DNA of 64,000 bases from Bugula neritina (Eukaryota > Animalia > Bryozoa). The translations under genes and the position numbers were made by a program. Location of the stretch: NCBI GenBank assembly GCA_964035545.1, contig OZ037765.1, forward strand, positions 7,202,698 through 7,266,697. The letters run 5' to 3'. Below the pieces are notes generated by a model, which was given only the letters and a program-made list of their open reading frames with translations, searched no databases and was not told the origin of the DNA. Shown in pieces: positions 1-15,600 of the stretch; the first letter of the stretch is position 1, and the number at the start of each line of letters is the position of its first letter.

Positions 1-152
1 TTTCAAAATTCAAACTTAATACAAAACAAAACCTTTAACTATATTTGTAAGTTTTATAACATCTCAAAAATAAAATACTGTCTGTATAGACATATAATAT
101 GTCGTACATATTTTAGTTTATAGATATGCATTTTCAACTGCTCTATTTTATT

Positions 153-346
153 CAAGGGAGCAGCCGTGGTCTAGGGGATAGAGCGATGGCTTAATAAACA
201 CGAAGTCATGGGTTTCATTGGTGTTGCTAAAAAGAACATTTAGTCATCCTTTGCCACAATAATGAAACCGTCCTTAGCCCACTTTAAAAAACACTTTCTA
301 TCAGGGTTTCCCACAGGGACAGCGACTATAAACTCACGCGAGTTTT
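153..346 (+). mobile_element. tRNA-derived SINE, copy 1, internally deleted; in an ANAPC4 intron
   Basis: Head gggagcagccgtggtctagggg (A-box-like). Body colinear with the minus-strand copy at 47179-47407: cacgaagtcatgggttt, cattggtg, ttctatcaggg, tataaactc.cg.gagttttt. Confidence 0.7.
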
Positions 347-525
347 TGTACATCAAATTCAAATAAAAATAGGTAAAAGCTAAATAAAACGAGCTTTAGT
401 AGCTGATCAACGAATGCGCCAATTTCATATATTACTACAGTTTACTTGTTCAAGCTATCATATACATTGCACGGCATCTGTATATCATAACTATCAGTCA
501 TACTAAACCTAGAACTAACACATAC

Positions 526-3500
526 CCTTGCATTTCATTTATTTTCAGTCTCAGGCTGGCACACGCATACAAAGCAGACTCCACGCTGTCGGTGTTTAAC
601 CCTATGACGCCGAAAGTGTCCGTCCATTGAGAAAGGCCGTGCAGGTCATTCAGATGGTAAAATATTGCCTCTACAGCACTGTGGATATAAAAACAAAATA
701 TCTATCTAAATAGAAGACCATAACATTATCTAAGTTGATAAATGACAGGCATTTTATTGGAAAATTTAATGCTTTGTACATATTTTTTATCAAGTTCAAT
801 AATACCTCAATTCATCTTACTCTATTATGTAAAGTATAAAAGCTACCCAATAAATATGTAATTCAAGCCTCAATATTATCTTAATACTTTTCAAGTATAG
901 AACAATATTAATTAATACAACTTTAAAAAAAAGAGAAAGTGGTCTAAACAATCACAACTAATGCATATGCCTGAAATAGGCATCAAATTGTGGCGAAAAT
1001 AAATTGCAGTAATCTAGAAGAAACAAAGTTATGCATTAACAAACAGACCACATTGAGCAGTAAATTTAAATTTTAATAAACGGTGAAACTATGACATCAA
1101 ACTACAACAATACACAAAACAAAACTAGTTAGAATAGAGAGTGGGTGTACCCCTGCATGTTTACGGTTAGTAACTCCTGCATAGTCTTGTAATACGTCTG
1201 CAGAGTAACTCCTAACTTCTTCATACCCCTTTCAGTGATGGTGTCGGTTAGAAAAACCTTCAACTCTTCACTCGGGGTGCCAAAGAGCAGCAGCTCTAGA
1301 AAGTCGTTCAACACTGTTCCTTCCCCTGCAAGCTAATACAACAACACATACTTTTATCATGCTTTATTCATTGCAGCTCATGATAACATAACTATAGTGC
1401 ATATCACATTATAGCGCATATCAAACTATAGCGCATATCACATTATAGCGCATATTACATTATAGCACATATCAAACTATAGCACACATCACACTATATC
1501 ATGCTGCACATTTTATTCAACTAGAATCTAGATATTAAAACATACTAAATATTACAGCACAGCAAAACCTTTCCAAACATTAATAAACTATATACTTGCA
1601 ACTATGCAAGACTCAGAGATTGCTTTTGGCACTAACTCACCTGTTTTTGTGTAGAAAAATGATTGAGTTTGCGGTCTAGCTCCAACAAACCATCTTCCCA
1701 AGCTTCAGTCATCTTTGTAATGCTGGCATCACAATGCTAACAATTGTATTACCAGGTGAGCTAACAATATGTAGTACCAGGTGGGCTAGCAATGTGTATT
1801 ACAAGGTGAGCTAACAATGTGTATTACAAGATGAGCAAATTACATGTATGAGTGTATATGAGTGTATATGAGTGTATATGAGTGTATATGAGTGTATATC
1901 TTCGTATTAAGATACATAAAACATGCTGCAGAAGGCAAAATTCTATCAAGCCAATCTGACCACAAATGAATGAACACCTATTTCACTAGTAGTAGTATAA
2001 TTATTGTCACCACATTGTCTATATAGAAGTGCATACATAACTGTAGGCCAGTTCAATAATGGCAAATATTCTAAACCTAAACAAGCATATATGGTCACAT
2101 GGCATAAATAAGCTATAACGCACTAAAAACCAACATTTTTAACCCTGGAAATACTTTGTTTACTAACACATATTTTGGATAAAGTGACAAGACTGCACAG
2201 GAGTGATTTACCTCCAAGAGACTGATAATTTTGACAAATTTATCTGCAATAGTTCTTATCTCTTCCCTTCTGTTAGATAGGAGATTTGTCTTCAACTGTA
2301 GAATACAGAATATGTGTAAACAATACAAAATTATTTGAAAACAGTGAATGATTTTGACAATAACAAGGGTAGAAAAATCCAGAACAAACAAGAGAGTAAG
2401 TAACTACCTTCCGCAAAGCGTATATAATAAGCATATCTCATACTTACAGCAGACAAGTAGATCTCTCCAACACTGTCTTCCAACACAGAGACCAGGTGGC
2501 TGCCAGAATTTGTTAAACACGAGGAGTAAACAGTCTTTTCCTGTAAAATTATTACCAAATAACTTCTCTGCATACACAAGACCTAAATAGCTGTGCAAAA
2601 TATACGAGTAAGTTTTATTACAAAGAAAATAACTAGAAGCATAATACAATGTTTAATATAACATATATCTGTTGAACTAGCCATAAAAACTTGAAGTCTG
2701 AGAGATATTTCAGATTTATATTTGACGTATAACTGCATTAGAATTTTTGACCGATTGCAAGCATGCTTACTTGTAACCTTCCCGTGTCCTTATCAATAGA
2801 GGCTATTAGCAGCAGTCCATAGACGTAGATATTCAACAAGCCAGCATCACCCGACACAACCAGGTAGTTTAATCTGTAACAAAATGCTTGGATCACAAAA
2901 GTTATATAGAACAATAAAAAAACATATTCGTGGTTTAACTATATAAGATCCAGTAAACAAGATAACTAGCAACTCAGCAAGAAACTACAATTAGATCATA
3001 TAAATATAATAATGAATACCCTTCACGGTTGATCATCTTGAAACTAGGATCCATTTCAGTTCTACAAGTAGATAAATAATGGCTTAAATCGATGAAGATA
3101 TGTATAGAATTCTTGAGTTGACACATAAAACTGTACAATTATATGCTTATGCACACTAAAAACTCACATATATCATTTATTGTTGGTGCACTCATTGCAA
3201 AAACTATAACTGAAAATATATGTACTTGTTAGTATATATAATGATGCACATGAAGCACATCAAACAATTAGTAAATAAAAATCATTGAAAACATTAATAT
3301 AGCACAATATTCCCATGAAATACTCCTGAATTTATCATTGTCATCACCTAAAACCAACACTAGTGAGTGTAGAGTGATATTAAATAACAAATCATCAATG
3401 AGATCACTTTTAAGTCACATACAGCCCATCACAACAGTTCTTTCCATTACTGACTATGTAAATAATTATCATACACTCAGAGAGAAGCATTGTTTGCAAG

Positions 3501-4163
3501 AGCAATAAGTTTTCTATCCCTATAACTTTCAAGTGAGTAATACAACTTTTTTCAGCTATCTCTATAGCTGACACGCATACTAGTCAATGTGATAATTATT
3601 TTTTACTTACTCTCTTTGAACTGGAGGTAACTTTGGTAACATCTGTTCACTTTCATCCTTAAAACATGATATGTTTTCATGATGATTGGCTTCGCCAACA
3701 GATAACCATGTAAGTTTTCTTGGTACTGACGATGTACTGTGTGTATATAGCACTGTGGCTTTCTCAACAGCAAGTATAATCACTTGGTTATTGGTGTAAG
3801 CTAATGCAATACCTATAGAAAAACAAAAAAAACTACATAACAAATAATAACATTCAAGGTGATAATAGTAGGTGCAAAACATTTACCACATTAGCTTAAC
3901 TAACATTTTCCTATTGGATCCCACACTAAAGATGTGACTTTAGCACCCTCTGTTGGAGGAGAATAAGTCCACATCTTTTTCAGAGCGTGAAGTCGGTAGA
4001 GGACAACTTCACTTAAATCTGCTAGACCTATGGCAGCTACAAGATCCATCTTAGGAGACCAGATCATTTCCCTCATCTCTGACGCTGCAAGCTTTTCATC
4101 TAGTTGTTTTATACCTGTGCCCAGCTTGGAACACCGTGAAGTGTTTAGTTCATTTGTATCCAT
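526..4163 (-). CDS. ANAPC4: Anaphase-promoting complex subunit 4, 5' part; gene continues past the left edge. Exons: 4163-3905, 3812-3611, 3061-3020, 2873-2771, 2540-2448, 2295-2212, 1736-1641, 1332-1151, 678-526
   Basis: WD40-type N-terminus WSPKMDLVA...VLYRL...VTSLVWDPIG, then LNYLVVSGDAGLLNIYVYG, MTEAWED..L and FLELLLFGTPSEELKVFL, which match APC4 from memory. All exons have GT-AG boundaries with consistent phases. Confidence 0.88.
1393..1500. repeat. Minisatellite, ~17-bp unit (tatagcgcatatcacat), ~6 copies
   Basis: Direct tandem repeat in an ANAPC4 intron. Confidence 0.85.
1736..1836. repeat. ~25-bp tandem repeat overlapping an ANAPC4 splice acceptor
   Basis: Unit gctaacaatgtgtattacaaggtga, ~4 copies; reverse complement ends ...ttgttag|c. 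Confidence 0.75.
1845..1898. repeat. (tatatgagtg)n 10-bp repeat
   Basis: About 5 direct copies. Confidence 0.9.
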
Positions 4164-4299
4164 TTCCAGGTGCTCTTTTACTAACCTTAAGAATTTCTAC
4201 AAGACCATTGTGAACTTGATTATCACTTTATGGGTTATTCACATCTTATGTGATTGTAAAGTACTAACAGTGACAGACGGACAGCATTAAAGCTTTCTA

Positions 4300-5000
4300 T
4301 TTTCATTATCATTATTATTACTATTAATCAGTGTTATAGTATTGGCATTACTATCAGTATTAGTCATGACTATTAGTATTATACTTAGTGCTGTCAATGA
4401 TATAATTATATAATTATCAATATGAATATAAATATTAAATATAAAATTAAATAATAAAATATTCTTATAAACTATAACTATATAAGTATAAGACTAAGTT
4501 AAGGCTTTTTTAAAATTTTAAGCATTTATTTTAATTACTAAAATATAAATAGTAATAATAATATCATTAATATTAATTTTAGCAATATCTAATTTTATAT
4601 TTATAATAATAATAATATAATTATAAAATTAATTACATTTATTGATCTTATAATACTTTAATATTATTATTAACATTTAATCATCTTTATTTTAAGCTAT
4701 ATTTATAATCTTATATTAGATTTAATATCTAATTTCACAGCTAGTGTTACACTTTGACTTACTGTTACTGTTACTAACACTAATACTAACAGTGTTGGTG
4801 TTACACTATTACTATTACTATTAGTAATAGCATTAGTATTACTATTACTATTAGTATTAATATTAGTTAATGTTATTACTATTATTATTAATAATAGTAA
4901 TACTAATACTTACTAATACTATTACTATTACTATTAGTATTACTATTAGTATTAATATTATTAATAATAATATTAGTATTACAGTATTAGTACCACTAGT
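4300..5000. repeat. AT-rich cryptic simple sequence with 3/6-nt periodicity (ttactattagta-like), upstream of the ANAPC4 ATG
   Basis: Degenerate NTA-type triplet/hexamer periodicity visible directly. Confidence 0.7.
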
Positions 5001-8000
5001 GGAGAAAAATGGTTTAAAATTTCAGTAAAATCCAAATATCAACAAATTCTTATTTAAAAATTGACATATGTAATAAAATTACCAAGAATAAAACAATATT
5101 CAATGAATAAGATAAACTTTCATTTTGTAGCACCTTGAACAGTTGAAGAAAAATACCTGTTTACCGGAAACGAACATTAAAAAAATTAAGTTGATACCGT
5201 ATATTAGCTAAAGATTAATGGCTAAATTACGGGTATTAAGGTTAGATAACTCCATTTACTATAATTCGGCCAAGATCGCAGAGTTCAACATAGCAAGTTG
5301 TACTTCTGTATCATATTATGGAGATGAGATCGAATATTTTTCGGATATAGGTATTAAGTACTTCTAGAAAGTATCTATAGCATGACAAGTTGCTTATTTG
5401 AGAAAAAAGCACTCATTCTCCAAGCTCATACCCAAACCAAAAACATTCGATCTAAGCTAATTATAAATAAGAATATCTGTGCTCAACATAGAAAACATGA
5501 ATACTTTTGCAGCTAGGAAGAGAGTTTTAGTTGTTGTCAAGATCCTATAAATACCGAATAGAGCTACAGTTAAAATAAGTATCTTATATTGTTTTAATCA
5601 ACTGGTTATTGTTTTGTGTGGATAGCCGATAGCTTATAACTTACATCAGACTGGTGAAATGCTGATGAGTGAAAGTATCTCTTTAGTCTTTCTTACATTT
5701 ATCCAGGTTATGTAATACTAGGTCATAAGGCAGGGCGAAGCAGTCTACATAATAAATTATATTAGAAAAGCAAATGGGCATTTAGGTTATAAAATTTTGT
5801 AGAATTATACCAACTCTCCATATGCTGCAAGTGAATGACTTCCCTTTTTGCGGGACAGTTGATTGTTTTCAAAATGTCAAAGTTGCAACTTGCTTATTAT
5901 CCTGTCCATCAGTATTTGTTACACTCGATCATTCAACAGTCATAAACGCAGCGAATGCTACAGAAAGATATTATATTTCAATTTATCTTATAAAGGCTTT
6001 ACAGTGTACACTATAGTGTGTATTCTTCACAGTCTAAAAGTTAGAAATAAGTTTTAAATTGAAAACTTTCCAAGTCTGTTATGAAAATTTCTAAGCTAAT
6101 AGTTAAGATTAAAATCAGAACCAACCTCAATATTTTAGTTTTTAGCTTTACTTTTATTTGCAAACATCATACTCTAGAAAAGCTGAACTGGTCAGAAAGT
6201 ACATCTCTTATGAAACAAAAACATGAATATGTAATATAGATATATTCATCATGGAATTAAAGCTGCTGCAGGCTATATATACTCAAAACAACTGGCAAAT
6301 AAACACAAGAAAAATTGGTATAACTGATAAGCAATTTATTTGACAGAGTTCATTTTTATTCTGTTTATATAGCAGCAAATTTCAGCAATAATTAATTTAT
6401 TGAAGATCAAAAACTAGAAGGAAAAAATCTATTGAATTTCAATGAATTTTAATTAAGCAAGCATAATTTTCTAATTTGATTTTGGTTATTCACAATAGTT
6501 TCATGCGTCTAGACTTTTTGAATACTAACTGACGTGCATAGCAGCACACAGCTTAGTAAATTATGGACTTGAATTCCTTTTTGCACCCATATTTATAATC
6601 ATTTATCGTTCAAGTCTAGTTAAACCTGTGACGTCCTATATAATATAATCCTTTTGTTATAATATTTTGCGTCAATTTGGGTTTACGTGAAGTTTATTTG
6701 CAAGAGTATTAGGCTGTCATAACAAACCTAATCAGATTATCTGAAGGAATTTAGTATATAATGTAGCTATATATAGGTATGTAACTTTTAGGCACTTGAG
6801 TTGTAGCAGTCTTGCATTACATTTATATACAGTAGTTAATCGTCTCACAACTTTCCGATAGAAATAATTGAAACTAGGTTGATTGTTCCTAATCCAAAAA
6901 GTAGATGTTTAATTTTAAATCATATATCGATAAGTCACAAAAATAGAGCAGAGGCAATTTATAAAAATTAAACTATACTATGTACTATTTCTTGCAACCT
7001 GCCATATTTACTTGGCTATCTACAATTTGCTACGTATTATAGTGTGCATAGGCAGGTGTTTATCTGGTAGAGGCATGCACCTACACGGGTTTAGAGATGA
7101 TACACATCTGATCTCTTGCCGATAAGAATACTGACAGTTGATGCTTGAGAATGTTATTAACATAGCCACTGACTACTGCATGTTTCGGATAAGTTCTTAA
7201 CTATATAAACTAATATTGTTCCAATGGTTAAATATTATATTACAGTATTGTTTAATTTAAATGATTTAATTTTTTGTCAATATTGATAAATGGAAGAGTA
7301 TATACTTTGCAACAATTTTGCTCTCTTGTATTGAAATGGAATGTAGAATATCAATAATTACATTTTACTTATAAATACGCTAACATTTATTATAAGTGTC
7401 TTTATTTTTAATGTCAATTTCTAACATGCTTTCTTTATAGATGGGTGACCTAATTAAGCACATTAATGCCTACTACATTTCATGTCTAAAACTTTTTTTT
7501 TGTTAATATGCAGCATACAAAACTTGAAGAAAATATTATTGTTTTTTATTTATTACTAGTATTATATATTCATAGTACACTTTCAATAAAGTTTGATCTT
7601 ACATAAAGTATAATAACTGTGTTGACATTCTTGTTTTATCCTATTTATTGTTTATGCTTTGATTATATTAATATTATATTATTCAAAGTGATGTATGGTA
7701 AATTAAGGCAAAATAAAAAGACTGTTTTCCATTTCTGTATGTTACGGCGAAGGTCTGTCATCTCACGTTGAAGTAAATAAATTAAGTCAGTATATATTGC
7801 AAGATTCTTCTCTGTCTGAGATATGACGGTATTTCTCCAATATAAAAGATGACAGGCAGGGGCATTAGTAAGTGACACTGGAACGTGGTGTTTCTATTCT
7901 TTCTAGAATTTATACTGTAAGAGCGATTTAGTTTACTAGGTCAGGCATATCTAACTTAAATGAATAAACTATATTGAATTTATATATGTGAATGTATAGT

Positions 8001-8851
8001 TACAATTATTATTGTAAAACATTGTGCTTTGCATAGCTTAATTTAAATAAACATCTACAAACACATATATACTATTAAAGAACATTGAAGAACAAAATTA
8101 AATGTAAGTCTTTGGTAATGCATCTAACGATGTTAAACAGAGAACGCTCAAACTGTGCTTGAAATGCTAGATTAGGATGTATTAGAACTGTCTTATTAGA
8201 AATCATTCTTCTTGTTAGTCAGATGGTTTGCTTATAAGAGCAGTTTTGCCATCTAAGTGGGGTCATTGTGTAGATTAAGTTACAATAACCTATCTTGATT
8301 ATTACTATATACAATATTATATATGCTCATCTGATCTAAATACTATCATATATGTGCTACAGCAATACTCTGACACTTATAACGTTTTCAGATAATTTGA
8401 GATTAATAGAACTGATTGGTACTATTTATTATGCACATTTATAGTTTAGAGAAGACAACTCTAGTCTCAGTCCTCCATTACCTTAGCTGGTGCAGAGTTT
8501 ATTTTACCATTATAATATATAAGATATATGAAATAACTATATAACACAATTTATAAAACTGAAGATTTTATGACATGATAAGTTTCAAGAGTTATTGTAG
8601 CATGTACAGAGTGTGTCACCATACAGCACAAGTATAAATGAGTTCAGTTACTAGGATATATCAGTTTGAAATTAATTTTATACTTATTAAAATAGTCAAA
8701 CTGACAAAATATGAATTTTAATCCCTGACACACTTTGGTGATTAAAGAATAAGTAACTTTCTACTACTATTATAGAGGATTTAAACTTTGAAACTCAAAC
8801 AAGATTTGAGAGTTACTAAACAATTATCAGCACGGAGAGTACAGCACATTG

Positions 8852-9149
8852 AACTACACTACACTACACTACACTACACTACACTACACTACACTACACT
8901 ACACTACACTACACTACACTACACTACACTACACTACACTACACTACACTACACTACACTACACTACACTACACTACACTACACTACACTACACTACACT
9001 ACACTACACTACACTACACTACACTACACTGCACTACACTACACTGCACTGCACTACACTACACTACACTACACTACACTACACTACACTACACTACACT
9101 GCACTACACTACACTACACTACACTACACTACACTACCCTATGCTACAC
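8852..9149. repeat. (ACACT)n pentanucleotide microsatellite, ~300 bp
   Basis: Near-perfect run with occasional gcact variants. Confidence 0.98.
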
Positions 9150-12100
9150 TGGGTTGCTTATTAAAAATTTTGGAACTCTAAAAATTGTTTCACTTTTATC
9201 TTATCTTTATGGTAACTTTGCCTGTTTTTATATTCACTAAATTGCAAATTACATGCCCAAAAGTTAAAGCAATAAAGTACAGATCTATACCAAGTCCCAA
9301 AACAAGAAAGCAAATATAAATGTTTATTTACAAATTAGAACATATGCATGCAGTTGGCTCAGTCTTTGGGGGGAAAGAAATTGTCATGGAAAACGTAACA
9401 CAATACACTGACTGTAAGTTCAAATTAGCAAGGTAAACAACAAATAGCGGAATCAAGTATTTGCTTTAAGCTATCACAAAAAGCAGTTGGTTAAACAAAA
9501 TTTCCTCTCAGCATACTTTCTTACGTTTACCTCTTCAATACTTTGACATAATAGTCTATATTCTAAGTTATAATGAAAGCATATCTCAGTTTGTACCCTA
9601 AGACTTGGAAGTAAGCCAGTAATCAATACTAGAGATAGAATATAAGCATCGGCTACTGCATACTACATTCATTATTCATAATAACTAGATGCGAATAAAT
9701 GCTGTTATAGATATAAAGAAAGTTCTATGCTATACTTTCTATTAACAGATTTTGCTATCTTTTCCAATTAAAAACGTGAAGGTTTGTAATTCAAAAGACG
9801 TTTTCTTTTAATGAGGTAAGAGTATTATATTAGTGATTATAAATGCAAATTAATTTGAAGAACTGTTGTGAGACTAAACATGAACTTTCCTGCGAGTATC
9901 ATCTTACTTTAGCTTATTTTTCTTGTTGTATAATACTTTAATGCAGGATATTATTACATTGTTGCCATGCTAACTTGGTTCCCACAATTTAACAACATTC
10001 TTTTGTATTATTGGTTATATAACACCAACAACAAAAAAGCTTTTTAAGCATTACTACAGTTGATATTAATCAAGTTTAATATTAGCAACCTGTAAAGTGA
10101 AAATAATGGTGTGTGTTATGACATTAGACACTTTAAAAACAAAAAAGTACTGTGTTAATAGCACTAATGAATGACCATAATAACACGCATATCCTTTATA
10201 TTCACATGGCATGATTATGAATATTATGTAATTTAAATACGAATATCATACAAAGCATGTCACTTATTACTTGATTTAACAGACACAACTATGCTGTGTA
10301 AAAGAGAGAATAACTTACTTCAGTAGTCAACTTTATTAATGGAAAACAATCTTTAATAAATATTCATGATTTAAATAGTTATGACAAGAACCACTTTATA
10401 AAGCTACTCAGGTCTATTTCCTTCAGGTATTTATCTTTCTTATCTTCTATTATTCTGCTGAAATTGAAGTCAATATAACAAGATTTAGGACTGTAGCTAA
10501 GTTGTTCCTGTTTAATTCAACTTTTCAATTTTCTGCTTGGAGTTTTTATATCATAAAAGAGCTTAAAATTTACAAAATCTTCGAAATTTGACAATTTCTA
10601 TGCATTGAAAAGTGATTTCAATAATATAAAATATAATGATGATGAAATACTTTTTTACATAAGGCTAGTTGGTCATACCTTTCAGAATGCATGCTTGCAG
10701 CATACAACTGGTTAGAATCAATGACTTTCTTGCTTTCTAATAGTATATACAGCTTTAAGCATATTAATTATTAAAAGGACGAAGTTCTCAGCTACATATG
10801 AAATACTCTACAAGTAGCTAAGTTTTTCCTTCAACCCTCTTTTTAGTGGCTAACAATATATAATCATTACCGAATGTACAGCTCTTAATAAATTAACAAT
10901 TCCTTACAATAAATAACAGCAAACAATCAGATATCAATTTGTTTTAATTATTTATGTCATGTGATTTACTTGAATCAACCTGTGAAATGTAATTTAATAT
11001 TGCAGAGTCACAAGGTTACAGCTGCTCATACAATTAAATCAAAAGTCTAATACTCTGGCATATTGTAAGCAAATACAAATGCAAATATACAATATACAAA
11101 TCTCAGTGTTTACACTAACAGCAGAGGTCATCTTAATGCAACTATAGAATTCTCCTGAATATCGCTCACACTCTAATCGGTTACAGCTAAAGCTTAATCG
11201 AATATAGCCCGCTGTCCCTCGTAAAATTGTTTCAAGATTAGAGCAGTAATCATCTGCTCCAGTAATTGTTGTTTTAGATTTTGGGCTATAGTGTTGGTGA
11301 AACTAAACACAACTGGTGCCTGTGAAGCAGGTAGTAAAAGGCAGCTGGGTAGAAGGCGGTGCATGCCAGGATGCTGTGTTGTACTAGAGACTCAGCTCGC
11401 AGTGAATAATAGAACAGACTGGACGTAGTATACCATAAACAAGGTGAGACAAGATAAACTGTTTATAATTACTGTGGAGTGAAAAGTGTAGAAACACAAA
11501 CTACAAAAGAGTATCAAGGTTAATGAGTGTGCTGCTTTAATAGGCATCATTTAGAGAGATCATCCACCTGTATATATATATACTGTGATGTGCTGAACAA
11601 TACAACCGAGTACATTGAAACCTAAAGTGTTTGGATAACCACACCTTGGGATGTAGCATCAGACTGAATATACCTTAGAGAGCTAGTCGATTTTTCTATA
11701 TCCCAAATCAAATATTACAAGTGCTATACGCTATATGAATGGGCACCTTAAAAACTTTTATTATCATACAGTAACTTTTAGTTTTGAAACATGTTACATA
11801 ACTTTCAATGCATAATCGGTATTTTCTATGTCAACTTGAGGTGGTTGGATGAGTACTGAAAATATTATCTTTTTTGAAGCAGATTCTAAACAGGAAAAAT
11901 TTCAGTAAATTATAAATAATCTCCCAAATTATTATTGAAAAACTTACATCTACACTAAGTATTATGATATTTATTCCTTGAAGAGCAGTTTTGAACTTGA
12001 AAAAGGCAAGTTGCAAAAAATAACTTGCTTGTTTGTTAGCATAAGTTTTAGCAGTTGCTCACTATATTTTAATAAGTATATGCTAAGAACCGTGTCTGCT

Positions 12101-12538
12101 ATAGACCAAATTGTTCATTTATCCTATATTTTTAATTCACAAGTTTAATTCCCTATAAGTTTGTGAATATAATTGTTTTATTATTTGCTTTCTGTTTCCA
12201 TAGTTCATGGTCATACAATTTTTAGTTTTGGGAATACTACAATCATCTTCTATGATTATACCTAAAAGCTTACAGTTTTCAAATTAAGAGCTATTATAGT
12301 TACATCTATGTAATAATCTACCTACAATAATTTTTATATAATACAAGCATGCTGTATGCACTATGTTCAGATAGACTGGTTAGTTTTTATATGCATTCGT
12401 ACAAACAACTATGAGTTATATAATTAATTATATTTAACCAGGGTTTATAAATCAGTGGCAGCAAGTGTTTGAAGTAGATACTTTATCACAGATGTTATAT
12501 ATGATATTTTATTAGGATAATTGGTACTCTCTGATAGT

Positions 12539-12541
<3 letters not shown>

Positions 12542-12606
<65 letters not shown>
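12542..12606. repeat. (TA)n microsatellite
   Basis: Direct reading. Confidence 0.98.
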
Positions 12607-12608
<2 letters not shown>

Positions 12609-12676
12609 CATTCAACTTTTTAATGTAAAATAGCTGTAGGACTCATATCATATCTAATAAAATATTTTGCAGGTTT

Positions 12677-15600
12677 ATGGCATCTGCTACTGCGTGGCTA
12701 CCCTTAGCAAGGGCCTCGGCTATAGGCTGGGTACCTATAGCAAAGTGTCCGATACCTCCAGCCCCAACAACTAGTAACAGTCACAGGTCAGATCTGAGGC
12801 TAAGAATCAATGTTAGTGGTAGAGAGTTTGAAGTGTGGAGAAATACACTAGAAAACTACCCGGACACATTATTAGGATCGAATGAACGAGACTTCTTCTA
12901 CTGTGAAGAAACTTGTGAATATTTCTTTGATCGTGATCCTGACATATTCAAATATATACTAAATTATTACAGAACTGGAAAACTTCACCTACCAAAGTCT
13001 GAGTGCATAGCAAGTTTTGATGAAGAATTGTCATTTTTTGGAATTATGCCAGATGTTATTGAAGATTGTTGTTTTGAAGAATATAGAGATAGAAAAAGAG
13101 AAGCGCAAGAAAGAACCACTGAAAAAGATACAGAAACCGTAGACTTTCCATTGAACCAATTAAACACATTTAGACAAAAGATGAACAAGTCTTTTGAAGA
13201 CCCACATTCTAGTACTGCTGCTCTAGTGTTTTATTACGTCACGGGATTCTTTATTGCTATATCTGTGTTGGCCAATATTGTGGAGACAATTCCTTGTGGA
13301 CTAAATGCTGTTACGAATCAGAACTTGAGTTGTGGAGACCGTTACGTAGAAGCATTTTTCGTTGCAGATACGGCTTGCGTCATGATATTTACACTGGAAT
13401 ACCTGCTAAGGCTTTATGCATCATCTAACCGCTGCAAATTTCTCAAAAGTATTATGAGTCTAATAGACATAGTGGCCATTTTACCTTACTATATTACCTT
13501 GATGATTAAAGAAAATGACGACGTGAGTGGTGCGTTTGTAACTTTACGAGTATTCAGGGTGTTCCGAATATTCAAGTTTAGCCGACACTCTCAAGGACTA
13601 AGGATTCTGGGCTACACACTGAAGAGCTGCGCTAGCGAGTTAGGCTTTCTCCTCTTCTCTATCAGCATGGCTATTGTTATCTTCTCCACAATCATGTACT
13701 ATGCTGAGAAGAATGTTGGAGATACCAAGTTTATAAGTATTCCTGCGGCATTCTGGTACACCATAGTCACTATGACCACATTGGGGTAAGTTACTGTAAA
13801 TTATAACTCTTGAAAAGTAAAGTTAGCCATTGCTATGCTATCCTCTATTGTTACTTTTAATGTTCTTTATTGAATATTCAACACACATACATACATAAGA
13901 TGCTGACTGGTAAATGAACTTTGACTTGTCTGACATCACCCACACCTTATATAATAGTCACTGGACATGCTGTGGAGGGAAATAATAACTGCTTGTAAAT
14001 TGTCAGACTTCCTATAGACTCTTTTATCCTAAACTATGCCAGCAAAAACTTACAACTTTGACTGGATGTGTTTGATGTTACTAACAATCCGTATAGAATT
14101 CTAGCTACTGGTCAAACATGACATGTTTAACAAGTGCCCCCTTTATATTCTGCAATTAGTCAATCTTGCGTGTATACTAACATGCATGACAAAACAGGGT
14201 AAGTTTTAGAGCCAACTGCTGTGTTGGAGTTATACAAATATAAATATCAGCAAATAGAATGAATTAGTAGCCAACATGGTACGTATTTAGCTCCCCTCTA
14301 ATACTTTATAAAAATTAAAGAGGTTAAAACACCCATACCAGGTTTACTATCCGATTAATTAATATAAATATAATATCCCACACAGCTTGCAGTTGCGTCA
14401 TAAAATGAAATCTTATACTTATACCAATGGATTAAAAATTGCTTTAAAAATCAATATTTGGATGGAAGATTATCAAAAGAGTAAGATTTGAAGAAAATCA
14501 AAAATAACTTTGCTAATGCTATGAGGTGTTAGATGACTATAGCACTGACCCGCATTAATACTTGAGAGTCCAAACAATATTGATTGCAGATACAAAGTAT
14601 ATTAATAGTCGAAATGAATGCCTGCTATATTCAAGCCGTGAAATGTAATAAACATTCCAACAGTATAAAAAGTTGTTCTCTTAATAAAAACTTAGCAAAG
14701 CACCTTCCTAGTGCAGCTGTTATGTAAATTGTGCAAAATGGTATATACATCATGATATTCCGTGACTTGTGAATGCAGAAGGCATGATGGCAGCATTAGA
14801 ACAGTAACTGTGACCAGTGCTTTAAAAGTTGCAAAGTCAACATAAACCCATTATTACAAACCATAAAGAGCATGCACATTAAATTGCCTCTATAACGAGT
14901 AACTATATTACATTTTATGCATTTCCCCAGATGATTATTTGTGTGAAATACAATCAACATAGCGATGGCTTTCCACTTATATACACTACAAATCTATAGA
15001 GGATTACTCTGGCATTATTGTAGTTATTAAACAGATGTAGAAGTACACAAATATATTGTTTGTGGGTTCAAAAACATTTTCATATTACAAGCATTTGGGA
15101 ATGGAGAGAATTTGTTAATTATCTAGACTTTAATAAAAAGATAAAAAAATATTAATTCTTATAGTTCAATCATTCCAATGGATAAAAATAGATAAAAAAA
15201 GTTGTATTTGTTTATCATGAAATATTTACACACTGTCAGCATGTTTAGAGGCTAGACTTTATAAGCAAGTTGCACTAACTTATAACTGGGTATCATTAAA
15301 TAATATCATGCAGTTATAAAACTTAATTTAAATTCTAAATCTTTGTGAGAGTTCTAAATGTAAAGCTTAATTATGCCTCAAATCATACTGGAGGCTGGTT
15401 TGGGGGACAGGAGCATTATGACCAATGTTTTTCTGATGTCACCAACATCTCTGCTAGAGTCAAGGACACTGACTCACAAGGCTAAGACTGCTGCCTAGAT
15501 AACAAAATCAGGTAGTCATGACTCTCAATTAAAAATATCTAAAAATAAGCTGCTTCACACTTGACCTTTCATGTCATGTTGAATCAAGGATGTATGTAAC

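Noticed and set aside
5655-5690. ctgatgag...gaaa motif
   Set aside because: No stem II or III and no cleavage triplet geometry; chance match.
8788-9240. ORFs with (LHYTT)n
   Set aside because: Translation of the (ACACT)n microsatellite; no coding evidence.
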